In this document: piece after piece, positions 32,189 to 44,217 of the stretch
How the letters are laid out: each line of letters starts with the position of its first letter
Position numbering within the stretch: the stretch's first letter is position 1
Source of the DNA: Phaeosaccion multiseriatum
Taxonomy: Eukaryota > Protista > Ochrophyta, other classes
Assembly (NCBI GenBank): GCA_965112735.1
Contig: OZ218950.1
Location: 6,324,001-6,388,000 of the forward strand
Direction: 5' to 3'
Length of the DNA: 64,000 bases
Notes under the pieces: generated by a model
Database searches by the model: none
The model's input: only the letters and a program-made list of their open reading frames with translations
Told to the model about the DNA's origin: nothing
Position numbers and translations under genes: made by a program

Positions 32189-35100
32189 ATGAGAGGTACC
32201 GATGGACGTGCCGAGGGCGAGGGTGTCGATGGTGTTAAGGTGGGCGCTTCGAACGAGTGGGACTCGGCGTCTCTCCTTTCCAAATGGACATATTCCTTTG
32301 TGCAGCCTCTGCTCACCCAGGGGATGGATCATCCATTGGAAAGTGCCGACCTATATCAACTCAGCGAGCACGACAGCATATCCGACATCTCGCGTCGCCT
32401 GGCAGCGAACTTCGAGGCGAGCGGCGGCAAGAAGAAGAGGGGAGGCAAAGCGTCCTCGCGCTCGCTTCTCCGGGCTTACTACCAAACCTTCTACCGAGAC
32501 CTGTGGTGTGGGGCCCTCTATACCGTATTGGAGTCTTGCGTCCGCATCTCACAGCCCATCTTGCTGAGATATCTTATCAAATGGCTGGATCAGGTGCGTG
32601 GCTTGGAGGGCGGGGGGGGGGAGCTAGAGCTGGCCCAGTTTGCACTGAGAGGGCTCAGTGGCTCCTGGGGGAGAAGCTCTTGAAGCTTCTCTGAAGGCAC
32701 GTGGCTGTTGACGCTTCTCCTCACGCCCATTCTTCCCCTCCTGCCTCCTCCCTCGTCCCCCCTCTCCCCCCAGCAGGGCGAAGACAGCACCGCCACGCAG
32801 AGGCAGCAGCAAGGCGCGTGGTTGGGCTACTCCCTTGCCATCGGCCTCGGCGTGCTCTCCGCCGTGCAAGCCTTGACACACCACATCCTCTTCTTCCTCA
32901 CCATGCGCCTCGGCTGGAACATCAAAATGGGGGCTAGTGGCGTCATTCATGCCAAAGTGCTCCGTCTCGGCTCAGCCGCTCTCCTCGCCACCACCCAGGG
33001 ACACGTCGTCAACCTGGTGTCCAACGACATCCAACGCTATCTGGAGGCCGCGGTGCTCTTTCACTTCCTGTGGATGGCTCCCATCGACTGCCTGGCCATT
33101 ACTGTTCTCGTGGCCATGGAGCTTGGCTGGTACCCCGCCCTCGCAGGGACTGGCTCCATCCTCCTCCTTGTCCCTGTGCAAATGATGTTCTCCAAAATGT
33201 TTCAGCAGAACCGTCGGGTAACGGCCAAGGCAACGGATCTGCGCGTCAAGACCACAGGAGAGGTGCTAGCCGGCTTACCGAGTGTCAAGAGCTACGGCTG
33301 GGAGGCCGCCTTCACAGCACACAATTCGCAGATTCGGGGGCGAGAGAGCGAAGCCATTTGGCGCTCGCAAGTGCTCAAGGCGTTTAACAGCGCCGTGTCC
33401 TTCGCGACCCCCATCGTGGCAAGTTATGCCTGCTTTAGTGTGTACTGGGCCCTGGGCAATGAGCTGGACGCGTCTAACGTGTTCGCCACTCTGGGTCTGC
33501 TGCACGTGCTGAGGATATCCTTCGGGCATCAATGGACTCGGGCCGTGGAGACGAGCAGCGAGGCGCTTGTGTCTACAAGGAGGATTGAGCGCTTCCTGAC
33601 GCTGTCGGAGATTGGCAGCAGCAGCAGCAGCAGCAGCATTAACAGTAACAGTGGGAGTGGTGGTGCTGGTGTTGACCAGGGGGGAGGAGGGAGGGGAGCT
33701 TCTTCTCCTGCCGACCTCCTTCGCCCGGCCACCAAGCCCAAGGGCACCAACTCGGGAAGGAGAGCCTCCGTCAGGGACGCAGTTGCAGCCGGAGGAGCGG
33801 CGGGGGAGGAGAAGGAGCAGGAGGGATGGGAGGAGGAGCAAGGTGCCGACACGAGAGAAGGAGGGGAAGGAGGAGAAGCAGTTACTTCGCGGGCGCTGGT
33901 GTCTTTCAAAGACGCGGATTTGACTTGGGCCGTGAATGCAAGGGAAGTGGAAGCAGTAGGGGGAGGAGCAACCGCAGCAGAAAAGGATGATGATGATGGT
34001 GAAGGTGGAGGAGTGAACCCCAGCTCTCTCGACATTCGTATTGTACCGCCTGGGAGGGCCAATGGTGGCAACGCGAGGGTCCAAGATGCCACACTGGAAA
34101 CCACTGAGGCAGCACCAGCAGCAGTTGGTGATACAGCAGCACCATCGTCGGCGGGGAAAGCGAATCTCCGCAGGCTGAACTGTGAGATCCGCCCGGGAGA
34201 GCTCACAATTGTGTGTGGACCTGTGGGGTGCGGCAAGAGCTCCTTCCTGGGGGCTATATTAGGGGAGCTCCAGCTGGTAAGGGGGAGGGTGTGGAAGGCA
34301 CCGAGGGGAGGAGAGGATTCGCACTCGGCGGTGGCGTATGTAGGGCAGAGTCCCTTCATCCGCGCCGAGTCCCTCGCCGAGAATATTACCTTCTCCCGGA
34401 GACGGAGACGGGGACAGGGCACAGTCGACAGTGGAACGACAGTGATTGGCATAGCAGATAGTGGAGCGGGGAGTGGGACAGGGGGTGGAGCAACAGAGAA
34501 AGGTGTGACCATGCAGGACGCCATCGAGGCGTGTAACTTGGAACCGGATCTCGAGGGCATTCCCGGTGGGCTGCAGGCGGAGATCGGAGAGAGAGGCGTC
34601 AATCTCAGCGGAGGGCAGAAGGTGAGGATGTGTTGTGAGAGGTTTGGGAGACAGTGGTAGTAGCTGCCGTACCACCAACTGCTCCGCCATCATCGCCGCT
34701 GTATCACACACAACTGCTGCTCTGTTCTATTGTACTGCACCACTACCTACCTGGTGTCATCAGGCTCGCCTCGCCTTGGCCCGAGCGGTGTATGCTGACG
34801 CCGACATGGTCCTCCTTGACGACCCTCTCAGCGCCGTCAACCCTGAAGTCAGCAAAGTAAGTGCCATGACACCTTGGGTTTCAGTTTGTTGTTTATTGGA
34901 TGATCAGTATCGATCCTGTGGGCGTCGATGCTCAGTTCGCCGTATTTCATTCCCTTCCTTCCTTCCTCCCTTCCTCCCTCCCTCCCTCCCTCCCTCCCTC
35001 CCTCCACTCCCCGTACCCCCCCCACCCCCCCTCCACTCGTCCCTTCCTCCCCCCCCCCTTCCTCCCTCCTTCCCCTCTATCCCTCCCTCCCTGTGAACTG

Positions 35101-38100
35101 CAAAACTATGTACCACCAACCACAGCACATCTTCCACCGCTGCATCAGGGGCGCACTGCGGTCCAAGGCCGTGGTGCTCGTGACTCACCAACTCCAATAC
35201 GCCAGATACGCCGATCAAGTGCTCTTGCTGTCCAAGACCGGCGCTCAGCTCTACTGCGGGAGCTTGAAGGGTATGGCAGCCGCTGGCGTAGCGTTGCCCT
35301 CTGCCCCGGGGGCGGGGATGGGGGAGGGCGAGGGAGAGAGAAAGGAGGGAGGAGGGGACGGCTTGGGTCTCCTGAAGGAGGTGAACGACGAAGGGGCAGA
35401 GGAAGGGGCAGGAGCGGGGGCAGGTTTAGGAGCAGAGGCAGGGGAAGGGAAAGCAGAAGATGCAAACGGCTTTGGAGAGGTCAATGGCAAAGGGGGACCA
35501 CAACGAGCGAAGGAGGAGAATGGGCTGGACACGACACTTGACAAGAAGCTTGGCCCGAGGAGTGGAACAAACGCTGCCACCGCCTCTGAGACAGGGAACG
35601 GAAGAGGAGGAGGAGGAGGAGGAGGAGGAGGAGGAGATGGAGGAGGAGGAGGAGGAGGAGGAGGAGGAGGAGGAGGAGGAGGAGGAGGAGAAAGAGAAGG
35701 AGAAGGAGAAGGAGAAGGAGACGATGCTGCTTCAGATGATGCTGCAGTGAAGCAGCGGCTGGTCAAGGCAGAGGAGTGGCAGCAGCTGGTCAAGGCAGAG
35801 GAGCGAGAGGTGGGGCGCGTGAAGTGGGGCACATACTTGAGGTGAGAAATGCGCTGAGAAATGCGCTATTTATTCGCGTCGGGGTGTGTGTGTGTATGAG
35901 TGTGTGTGTGTTGTGTGTGTGCGGTGTGTGTGTGTGTGTGTGTGCACGGATGGGGCTGCTGGCTCTGACGCACTGCTTAGGTCTCTCTCTCTCTCTCTCT
36001 TCTCTCTTGACTCTTTGACTTTCTCTCCCTCTCTCTCTCTCTCTCTTGTCGTCGGGACTGACACACGCGCCTCTTTCCCTCTCTCTCTCTCCTCGACTCC
36101 ATCCACACATCAACGCAACAGATACATTCAACTCGGCGGCATCCCTACGGCGTCCCTCCTGGCCTTCCTCTTTGTGGCTGCTCAAGTAAGCTTCATGGCC
36201 TCAGACTACTGGTTAAAGGTGTGGGCCGGAAGGGGCAGCAAGGAGCAGCAGGGGAAGATGTACTTCTTCTACGTCTTCACCGCGCTCATCGGGGGTACGC
36301 TGACGTTGGGCCTGCTCCGCGGAATCATATTCTTTCACATGTTCCGCTCGGCGAACAACCGAATGCATCGGAAAATGTTTGCGGCTGTGGTGAAGGCGCC
36401 GATGACCTTCTTTCTGGCCAACCCGCTCGGGAGGGTGGTGAACAAGGTAAGGAGGAGAGGAGGGGAAAGGAAGGGGAGGGTATGTAACCTATCCATGGGT
36501 GGTTGGGATGGATCGGGCCTATTGTTGGGTCTCTATTGATCTGTCTGTGCGTGTGTCTGCACATGACATGAGTGGAAAGTGTTGCACACGAGAGAGGTTA
36601 GAGGGAGCGGAGAGAGAGAGATTTTAGAGGAAGAGGGGAGAGAGAAGAGAAGCAGAGAAACAGACAGATAGAGGGAGAGACAGAGAGCGCGAGAGAGAAA
36701 TGAAGGATTGCCTACTATCGCACACTGCCACAGTGCCGACCCTCCGTCTACTGCCATCCTCCCTCTGCTTACTGCTGCTCCTCTTTTGTGCTGCTCTGTG
36801 CTGCTGCTGGACAGTTCTCGAAGGATCAAGGCAATGCGGATGAGCTGCTCCCCATGGCAGGTAGGAAGGGGCTCGTACTGTGTGTAATCGGGAGAGAGAG
36901 AGAGAGAGAGGGAGAGAGGAGAGACAGAGGCAGGGATACATCGAAGGGGAGGGGGAGAGAGATGGAGAGAGAGGCAAGGAAGGGGAGGGAACAACGTCAG
37001 AGAGGGGGTAGGGCAAGCGTGTCACACCGCCACGCGATTCTTACCCTTCTAACCCTTCCTTCTCTCACTCATTCCGCTCAGTGCCCTCCTTGACAATGCC
37101 GAGTGACAACGCTGAGTGTGAAGCATACGCTTCCCTCTCCCCTCTGCCCGTTATTCTCATCCCTCTCGACGTTTCGCTTCCCCGGCGTTTCTCCCCTCCC
37201 ATCATTTCCCTGTCCTCCCCACGGCACTGCGATTCTTCTATCGGTCAATGTCACCATTTTTGTCACTGATACCGACACCGATACCGAATATCGACATCGA
37301 CATGGACACCGAATATCGACATCGATATCGACATCGATATCGAATATCGATACCGAAATGGACACATCGATGTCTATATCGGACCCCAGCCCTGTCGGCC
37401 CTGGAGATTCTGGCGTTCTGTGTGGGGGCTGTGGCGATCGTGGTGATCGTGATCCCTTACATGCTGGTGCTGCTGCTGCCCCTCGTGTGGCTCTTCAACA
37501 AGGCGAGAATGAGGTGAGCGGCAAGAGAGTGAAGGGGGGGAAGAGCCCCACTCATCCACCCCACTCATCCACCCCACCCACCCACCCCCCTACTCCTCCA
37601 CCCCACCCAGCTTTTCTAAACCCCCACCTTTCTCAACCCACAACCCCAACCCCCCAACCAACCCCCCAACCAAAGGTACCTGGCAAGCTCAAGAGAGATC
37701 AAACGTATCGAAGCCATCTCGCGCTCTCCCATCTACGCAGACTTCAGCGCCACTCTCTCCGGCCTCACCACCATCCGAGCCTATGGAGTCGAAGACTTGG
37801 CTCACTCCAAGTACCTTCAGCTGCTGGAGGACAACGGGCGGGCGTGGTTCTGCTTCATCCTCGTGTCGAGGTGGCTTGGTTTCCGCCTCGATATGGAGAC
37901 GGCCCTCTTTCTCCTCTCGACGGCGGTCATGACTGTGCTGCTCAGGGACGAGGTGGGCGGCGGCACGGCGGGATACATTCTTCTCTACTCGCTCAGGTGT
38001 GTGGGTGAGGGATGAAGGGCATGAGGGAGGGAGTGAGAGAGGGATGAAGGGTGTGAGGGAGGGGGTGAAAGAGGGAGGAGAAGGGCGTGAGGGAGGGAGT

Positions 38101-41100
38101 GAAGAGGACAGAGGGAGGAAGGGTGGATATGAGGGAGGTAGTGAGAGAGGGTGTGTGTGTATGCAGAGAGCGTTGCATTGACGAGTTCTCTCTTCTCTCT
38201 CTCTCTTCTATCTCTTTCTTCTCTCTCTCCCCTCCCTCTCTCTCTCCCTCTCCCTGTCCCTCTTTATCTCTCTCCATCTCTTGCCCTTCTTGCCTCTTCA
38301 CTCCCCTGCTCTTTTCTCACTCTCTTTGCTCGCCATACTCTTGTTGGGTAACGATGATGCCGCCCCTTCCGCAGTTTGTCAGGAGGCTTTCAGTACGCTG
38401 TGCGGATGAGTGCCGAGACGGAAACCTTCAGTGAGTGCTTTGTCATCAATCATCCCAAACGAATGAATGAATGAGCAAACCAACTCACTCACCCGCTTAC
38501 TCACTCAGTCATTGACCCACTTACTCACTCACACCCCCTCCCTCCTCTCTTCATCCCATGAAGTGACGGCGATTGAGCGCATGCTCCACTACTGCGATCT
38601 CACCCCCGAAGAGGACAGCGGAAAGACCGTTGCCGACATCGTTCGCGAGGATGGAGCGAGCAGCAGCAGGGCGCCGCAGCAGTTGGTGGTACGGCCAGGG
38701 GCTCCCTCCTGGCCAGAGAAAGGCCAGATCGAGGTGACGAACCTCGTTGTGACGTATAGGGCGGACCTTCCTCCAGCGTTGAAGGGGGTGAGCTTCACCC
38801 TGCCCGCTGGGAAGAAGGTGAGTCACACGATGCGTGAAGGAGTGAGGGGTGAAGGGTGAAGAGGGGTGGAGGGGGTGGCAAGGGGGCGAGGGAGGGAGAG
38901 GGAGAGGGAGAGAGGGGGGGAGGGAGGGAGGGAGGGAGGGAGGGAGGGAGGGAGGGAGGTAGGGAGACAGGGAGACAGGGAGAGGGAGAGTCAGAGTTAC
39001 AGAGAGAGAGTCAGAGGGACAGGGAGAGGGAGAGTCAGAGTTACAGAGAGAGTCAGAGGGACAGGGAGAGGGAGAGGGAGAGTTACAGAGAGAGTCAGAG
39101 GGACAGGGAGAGGGAGAGTCAGAGTTACAGAGAGAGAGAGTCAGAGGGACAGGGAGAGGGAGAGTCAGAGTTACGGAGAGAGTCAGAGTTACAGAGAGAG
39201 AGTCAGAGTTACAGAGAGAGTCAGAGGGACAGGGAGAGGGAGAGTCAGAGTTATAGAGAGAGTCAGAGGGACAGGGAGAGGGAGAGTCAGAGTTATAGAG
39301 AGAGTCAGAGGGACAGGGAGAGGGAGAGTCAGAGTTACAGAGAGAGTCAGAGGGACAGGGAGAGGGAGAGTCAGAGTTACAGAGAGAGAGTCAGAGGGAC
39401 AGGGAGAGGGAGAGTCAGAGTTACAGAGAGAGTCAGAGGGACAGGGAGAGGGAGAGTCAGAGTTACAGAGAGAGAGAGTCAGAGGGACAGGGAGAGGGAG
39501 AGTCAGAGTTACGGAGAGAGTCAGAGTTACAGAGAGAGAGTCAGAGTTACAGAGAGAGTCAGAGGGACAGGGAGAGGGAGAGTCAGAGTTACAGAGAGAG
39601 TCAGAGGGACAGGGAGAGGGAGAGTCAGAGTTATAGAGAGAGTCAGAGGGACAGGGAGAGGGAGAGTCAGAGTTACAGAGAGAGAGTCAGAGGGACAGGG
39701 AGAGGGAGAGTCAGAGTTACGGAGAGAGTCAGAGTTACAGAGAGAGAGTCAGAGGGACAGGGAGAGGGAGAGTCAGAGTTACAGAGAGAGTCAGAGGGAC
39801 AGGGAGAGGGAGAGTCAGAGTTACAGAGAGAGTCAGAGGGACAGGGAGAGGGAGAGTCAGAGTTACAGAGAGAGTCAGAGGGACAGGGAGAGGAAGAGTC
39901 AGAGTTACAGAGAGAGTCAGAGGGACAGGGAGAGGGAGAGTCAGAGTTACAGAGAGAGTCAGAGGGACAGGGAGAGGGAGAGTCAGAGTTACAGAGAGAG
40001 AGTCAGAGGAACAGGGAGAGGGAGAGGGAGAGTCAGAGTTACAGAGAGAGTCAGAGGGACAGGGAGAGGGAGAGTCAGAGTTATAGAGAGAGTCAGAGGA
40101 ACAGGGAGAGGGAGAGTCAGAGTTACAGAGAGAGAGTCAGAGGAACAGGGAGAGGGAGAGTCAGAGTTACAGAGAGAGAGTCAGAGGAACAGAAAGAGGG
40201 AGAGGGAGAGGGAGAGTCAGAGTTACAGAGAGAGTCAGAGGGACAGGGAGAGGGAGAGTCAGAGTTACAGAGAGAGAGTCAGAGGAACAGGGAGAGGGAG
40301 AGGGAGAGTCAGAGTTACAGAGAGAGTCAGAGGGACAGGGAGAGGGAGAGTCAGAGTTACAGAGAGAGAGTCAGAGGGACAGGGAGAGGGAGAGTCAGAG
40401 TTACGGAGAGAGTCAGAGTTACAGAGAGAGTCAGAGGGACAGGGAGAGGGAGAGTCAGAGTTACAGAGAGAGTCAGAGGGACAGGGAGAGGGAGAGTCAG
40501 AGTTACAGAGAGAGAGAGTCAGAGGGACAGGGAGAGGGAGAGTCAGAGTTACAGAGAGAGAGAGTCAGAGGGACAGGGAGAGGGAGAGTCAGAGTTACAG
40601 AGAGAGAGTCAGAGGGACAGGGAGAGGGAGAGTCAGAGTTACAGAGAGAGTCAGAGGGACAGGGAGAGGGAGAGTCAGAGTTACAGAGAGAGTCAGAGGG
40701 ACAGGGAGAGGGAGAGTCAGAGTTACAGAGAGAGTCAGAGGGACAGGGAGAGGGAGAGTCAGAGTTACAGAGAGAGAGTCAGAGGAACAGAAAGAGGGAG
40801 AGGGAGAGGGAGAGTCAGAGTTACAGAGAGAGTCAGAGGGACAGGGAGAGGGAGAGTCAGAGTTACAGAGAGAGAGTCAGAGGAACAGGGAGAGGGAGAG
40901 GGAGAGTCAGAGTTACAGAGAGAGTCAGAGGGACAGGGAGAGGGAGAGTCAGAGTTACAGAGAGAGAGTCAGAGGGACAGGGAGAGGGAGAGTCAGAGTT
41001 ACGGAGAGAGTCAGAGTTACAGAGAGAGTCAGAGGGACAGGGAGAGGGAGAGTCAGAGTTACAGAGAGAGTCAGAGGGACAGGGAGAGGGAGAGTCAGAG

Positions 41101-43932
41101 TTACAGAGAGAGAGAGTCAGAGGGACAGGGAGAGGGAGAGTCAGAGTTACAGAGAGAGAGAGTCAGAGGGACAGGGAGAGGGAGAGTCAGAGTTACAGAG
41201 AGAGAGTCAGAGGGACAGGGAGAGGGAGAGTCAGAGTTACAGAGAGAGTCAGAGGGACAGGGAGAGGGAGAGTCAGAGTTACAGAGAGAGTCAGAGGGAC
41301 AGGGAGAGGGAGAGTCAGAGTTACAGAGAGAGTCAGAGGGACAGGGAGAGGGAGAGTCAGAGTTACAGAGAGAGAGTCAGAGGGACAGGGAGAGGGAGAG
41401 TCAGAGTTACGGAGAGAGTCAGAGTTACAGAGAGAGAGTCAGAGTTACAGAGAGAGTCAGAGGAACAGGGAGAGGGAGAGTCAGAGTTACAGAGAGAGAG
41501 TCAGAGGGACAGGGAGAGGGAGAGTCAGAGTTACAGAGAGAGTAAGTGGGACAGGGAGAGGGAGAGTCAGAGTTACAGAGAGAGTCAGAGGGACAGGGAG
41601 AGGGAGAGTCAGAGTTACAGAGAGAGTCAGAGGGACAGGGAGAGGGAGAGTCAGAGTTACAGAGAGAGTCAGAGGTATAAAGAGAGATATTGTTTTTGTG
41701 GCCACCCACTCACCCACCCACAACACCCTCACACCCCCACCTTGATAGATTGGACTTGTGGGTCGAACGGGTAGCGGCAAGTCCACCTTCCTGCTCGCCC
41801 TCCTTCGCCTGAATCTCATCAGCGAGGGAGACATCAAGCTGGACGGCGTGAGTCTGCCTCGCCTCGGACTGAAGGAGGCACGCAAGCACTTGTCTTGGAT
41901 ACCTCAAGACGCCTACCTCTTCAGCGGTACGTGGTGTTTTGTGACCCTTACGTGACCCTTATGCGACCCTTACGCGATCCTTTCGCGACCCTCACGTGGC
42001 CCTTATGCGATACACCCCACATGAACAACGAAATACTCCCTCGCCTTCCTATCGGGTACCCTGAGGTTGAGCTTCTGTGTGCCTGCCTTTACATGCCTCT
42101 CGTATGCCTCTGTATGCCTCTGTATGCCTCTCTTACACCTCTCATATGCCTCTGTATTCCTCTCTTACACCTCTCATATGCCTCTGTATTCCTCTCTTAC
42201 ACCTCTCATATGCCTCTGTATGCCTCTCGTATACGCCTCTGTATGCCTCTCGTGTACCTCTCATATGCCTCTGTATGCCTCTATGTATGCCTCCCTCCCC
42301 TCCCCTCCCCTCCCCTCCCCTCCCTTCCTCACCAGGCACCCTGCGGTTTAATCTGGATCCGTTTCAGCAGTTCTCCGACGCCCAGCTGTGGGATGCGCTG
42401 AGGGAGGTGCAGCTAGCCGAGGTGTTTGCGCCACACCCGTTGGTGATACAGCCCCCGAAGAAGAAGCAGCAGCTGCAGCAGCTGCAGCAGCAGCAGCACC
42501 GCAAGGAGGAGGGAGAGGGAATGGAAGCAGGGCTGGCTGATGAAAACAACGCCATAGCTGCCCCCAGCGAAGAAGCAGCAGCAGCAGCAGCAGCAGCAAC
42601 AGCAGTTAGTGATACAGTTGGCAGCGCCGCTACAGCTGCAGAGGAGCGCCAGAGGAGGGCCTCCTCCTCCTACCACATGCCCGTCAGCACCACTCCCCTG
42701 CGCGGCCTGGACACGGAGGTGGCTGAGCACGGCGGAAACCTGTCGGTGGGGCAGCGGCAGCTCCTGTCTCTGGCCAGGGCACTGCTCTTCAACAACAAGG
42801 TCCTCATCATGGACGAGGTTGGTGAAGTATGTCAATGGGTGGGTGGCTGTAGTATATCAATGGTGGGTGGGTTAGAGCGTGCGTGCGTGCGTGCGTGGGT
42901 GGGTGGGGTGAGTTAGTGAGTGAGTGAGTGAGTACATGTGTGCGAGAGCGTAATGAGTGCGTAAGTGTTCAGAATGCGTCAGTGTAGCACATTGCTCAGT
43001 TGTCTTGTGTATTCCCTTCAAATCACGCTGTATCACCAACTGCCGTAGTTTCGGGGATGCACTATCGCCCTAGCTATTGTCTCCTTTACTATTTCGAGGT
43101 CCCTAATCATGGCCTTCCTCGCTTCTTCCCTCCCTCTCTTCCCCCCCCCTCCCTCTCTCTCTCACCCCTTCCCTCCCTCCTTGCTTCCCTCCCTCCCTCG
43201 CTCCCTCCCTCCCTCCGTCTCTCCCTCCCTCTCTCCCTCCCTCCCTCCCTTTCTACATCCCTCCCTCCCTCCCTCCCTTCCGCACTCGCCCCCCCCCACT
43301 CCCCTATCTCAGGCGACTGCCAACGTGGACTTCGCCACAGATGCCTTGATCCAGACTACTTTACGCACCTGTGAGAGACTCAGAGACACAACGGTCGTGG
43401 TCATTGCGCACCGCATCAAGACCGTTCTTGACAGCGATCTCATCATTGTGCTGAGCCACGGCAAGGTGAGAAGAGAAGAGAGAGAAGGAGTCTCCTCCTC
43501 ACTCAGCACGACCTCCCACAAGCGTCGGAAGGAGGGGGGGGTATGAAGGTCTGGGTGTATGGGAGGTCTGGGGGTCTGGGAGTCTGCATTAGGGGGCCCT
43601 GCATATTCTTTTCGGTTCCCTCGTCGTCATTTGTTGCCCTTCTTCCTCCCCATCCTTCTCCTCCACATTCTGATCCTCCTTCTCCTCCTCCTCCTCCTCC
43701 TCCTCCTCCTCCTCCTCCTCCTGCTGCTGCTGTTATTACTACCCTTCAACCCTTCCCCCCCCCCCTTTACTGCTCTTACTGCCCTTGACCCATGCAATGG
43801 TACTGTGGCTACCCTTAGGTGGCCGAGATGGGGTCCCCGTCGGAGCTGCAGCAGAGGGAGGGGGGGCTCTTCCGCCTCATGGTCCAGCAGGACGACACGC
43901 ACACACACGCGCACACACACGAGGCCGAATGA
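32189..43932 (+). CDS. ABC transporter subfamily C (MRP-like, short form)
   Basis: 14 exons: 32189-32593, 32774/32777-34621, 34764-34856, 35126-35841, 36122-36446, 36815-36860, 37390-37513, 37676-37996, 38375-38430, 38564-38817, 41749-41926, 42336-42817, 43313-43465, 43819-43932. NBD1 GPVGCGKSS / LSGGQK / LLDD. NBD2 GRTGSGKST / LSVGQRQ / IMDE / IAHR. Confidence 0.92.
37265..37378. repeat. Intronic CpG-rich hexamer repeat (ATCGAY/ACCGAY)
   Basis: accgacaccgataccgaatatcgacatcgacat...atcgatatcgacatcgatatcg. Confidence 0.75.
38968..41675 (+). repeat. About 2.7-kb intronic minisatellite, 42-bp unit (24-bp plus 18-bp subunits)
   Basis: Unit gtcagagggacagggagagggaga-gtcagagttacagagaga with variable (AG)n, roughly 60 copies, inside ABCC intron 38818-41748. 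Confidence 0.95.
42090..42292 (+). repeat. Intronic short-period tandem repeat (tatgcctctg / tacacctctca)
   Basis: Repeated 10-11-bp subunits upstream of the 42336 acceptor. Confidence 0.8.
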
Positions 43933-43961
43933 AGCATATACAAACAACCAGTATATATTGA

Positions 43962-43992
<31 letters not shown>

Positions 43993-44217
43993 TGGTTGCC
44001 CAGCCGAGGGTGTATTTGTTTGGTTGCGCACGACATGTGTAAGCAAGCCCGGTCCACCTTGGCGCTTCACTGTCAAGGCACAGCTCCTTCCTCCCTGCTG
44101 CTGCTCTTCTGTGAATACACCTCCATACACCTCGACTTCCTCCTGCCCAGCCTCGCCCATGACCTTTCCTTTCTCGGCCTCGAGTGCCCCTCCAAATCAG
44201 TTGAGGCACGTCATCCC

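Noticed and set aside
38856-41774. 972-aa ORF
   Set aside because: It is a translation of the stop-poor minisatellite inside an ABCC intron, and the flanking exons join in frame (GKK|IGLVGRTG).
43961-43987. A27 tract as the retrocopy tail of FNIP copy 4
   Set aside because: It is poly(T) on the FNIP sense strand and no TSD was found. It is more likely a simple repeat at the duplication boundary or in the ABCC 3' UTR.
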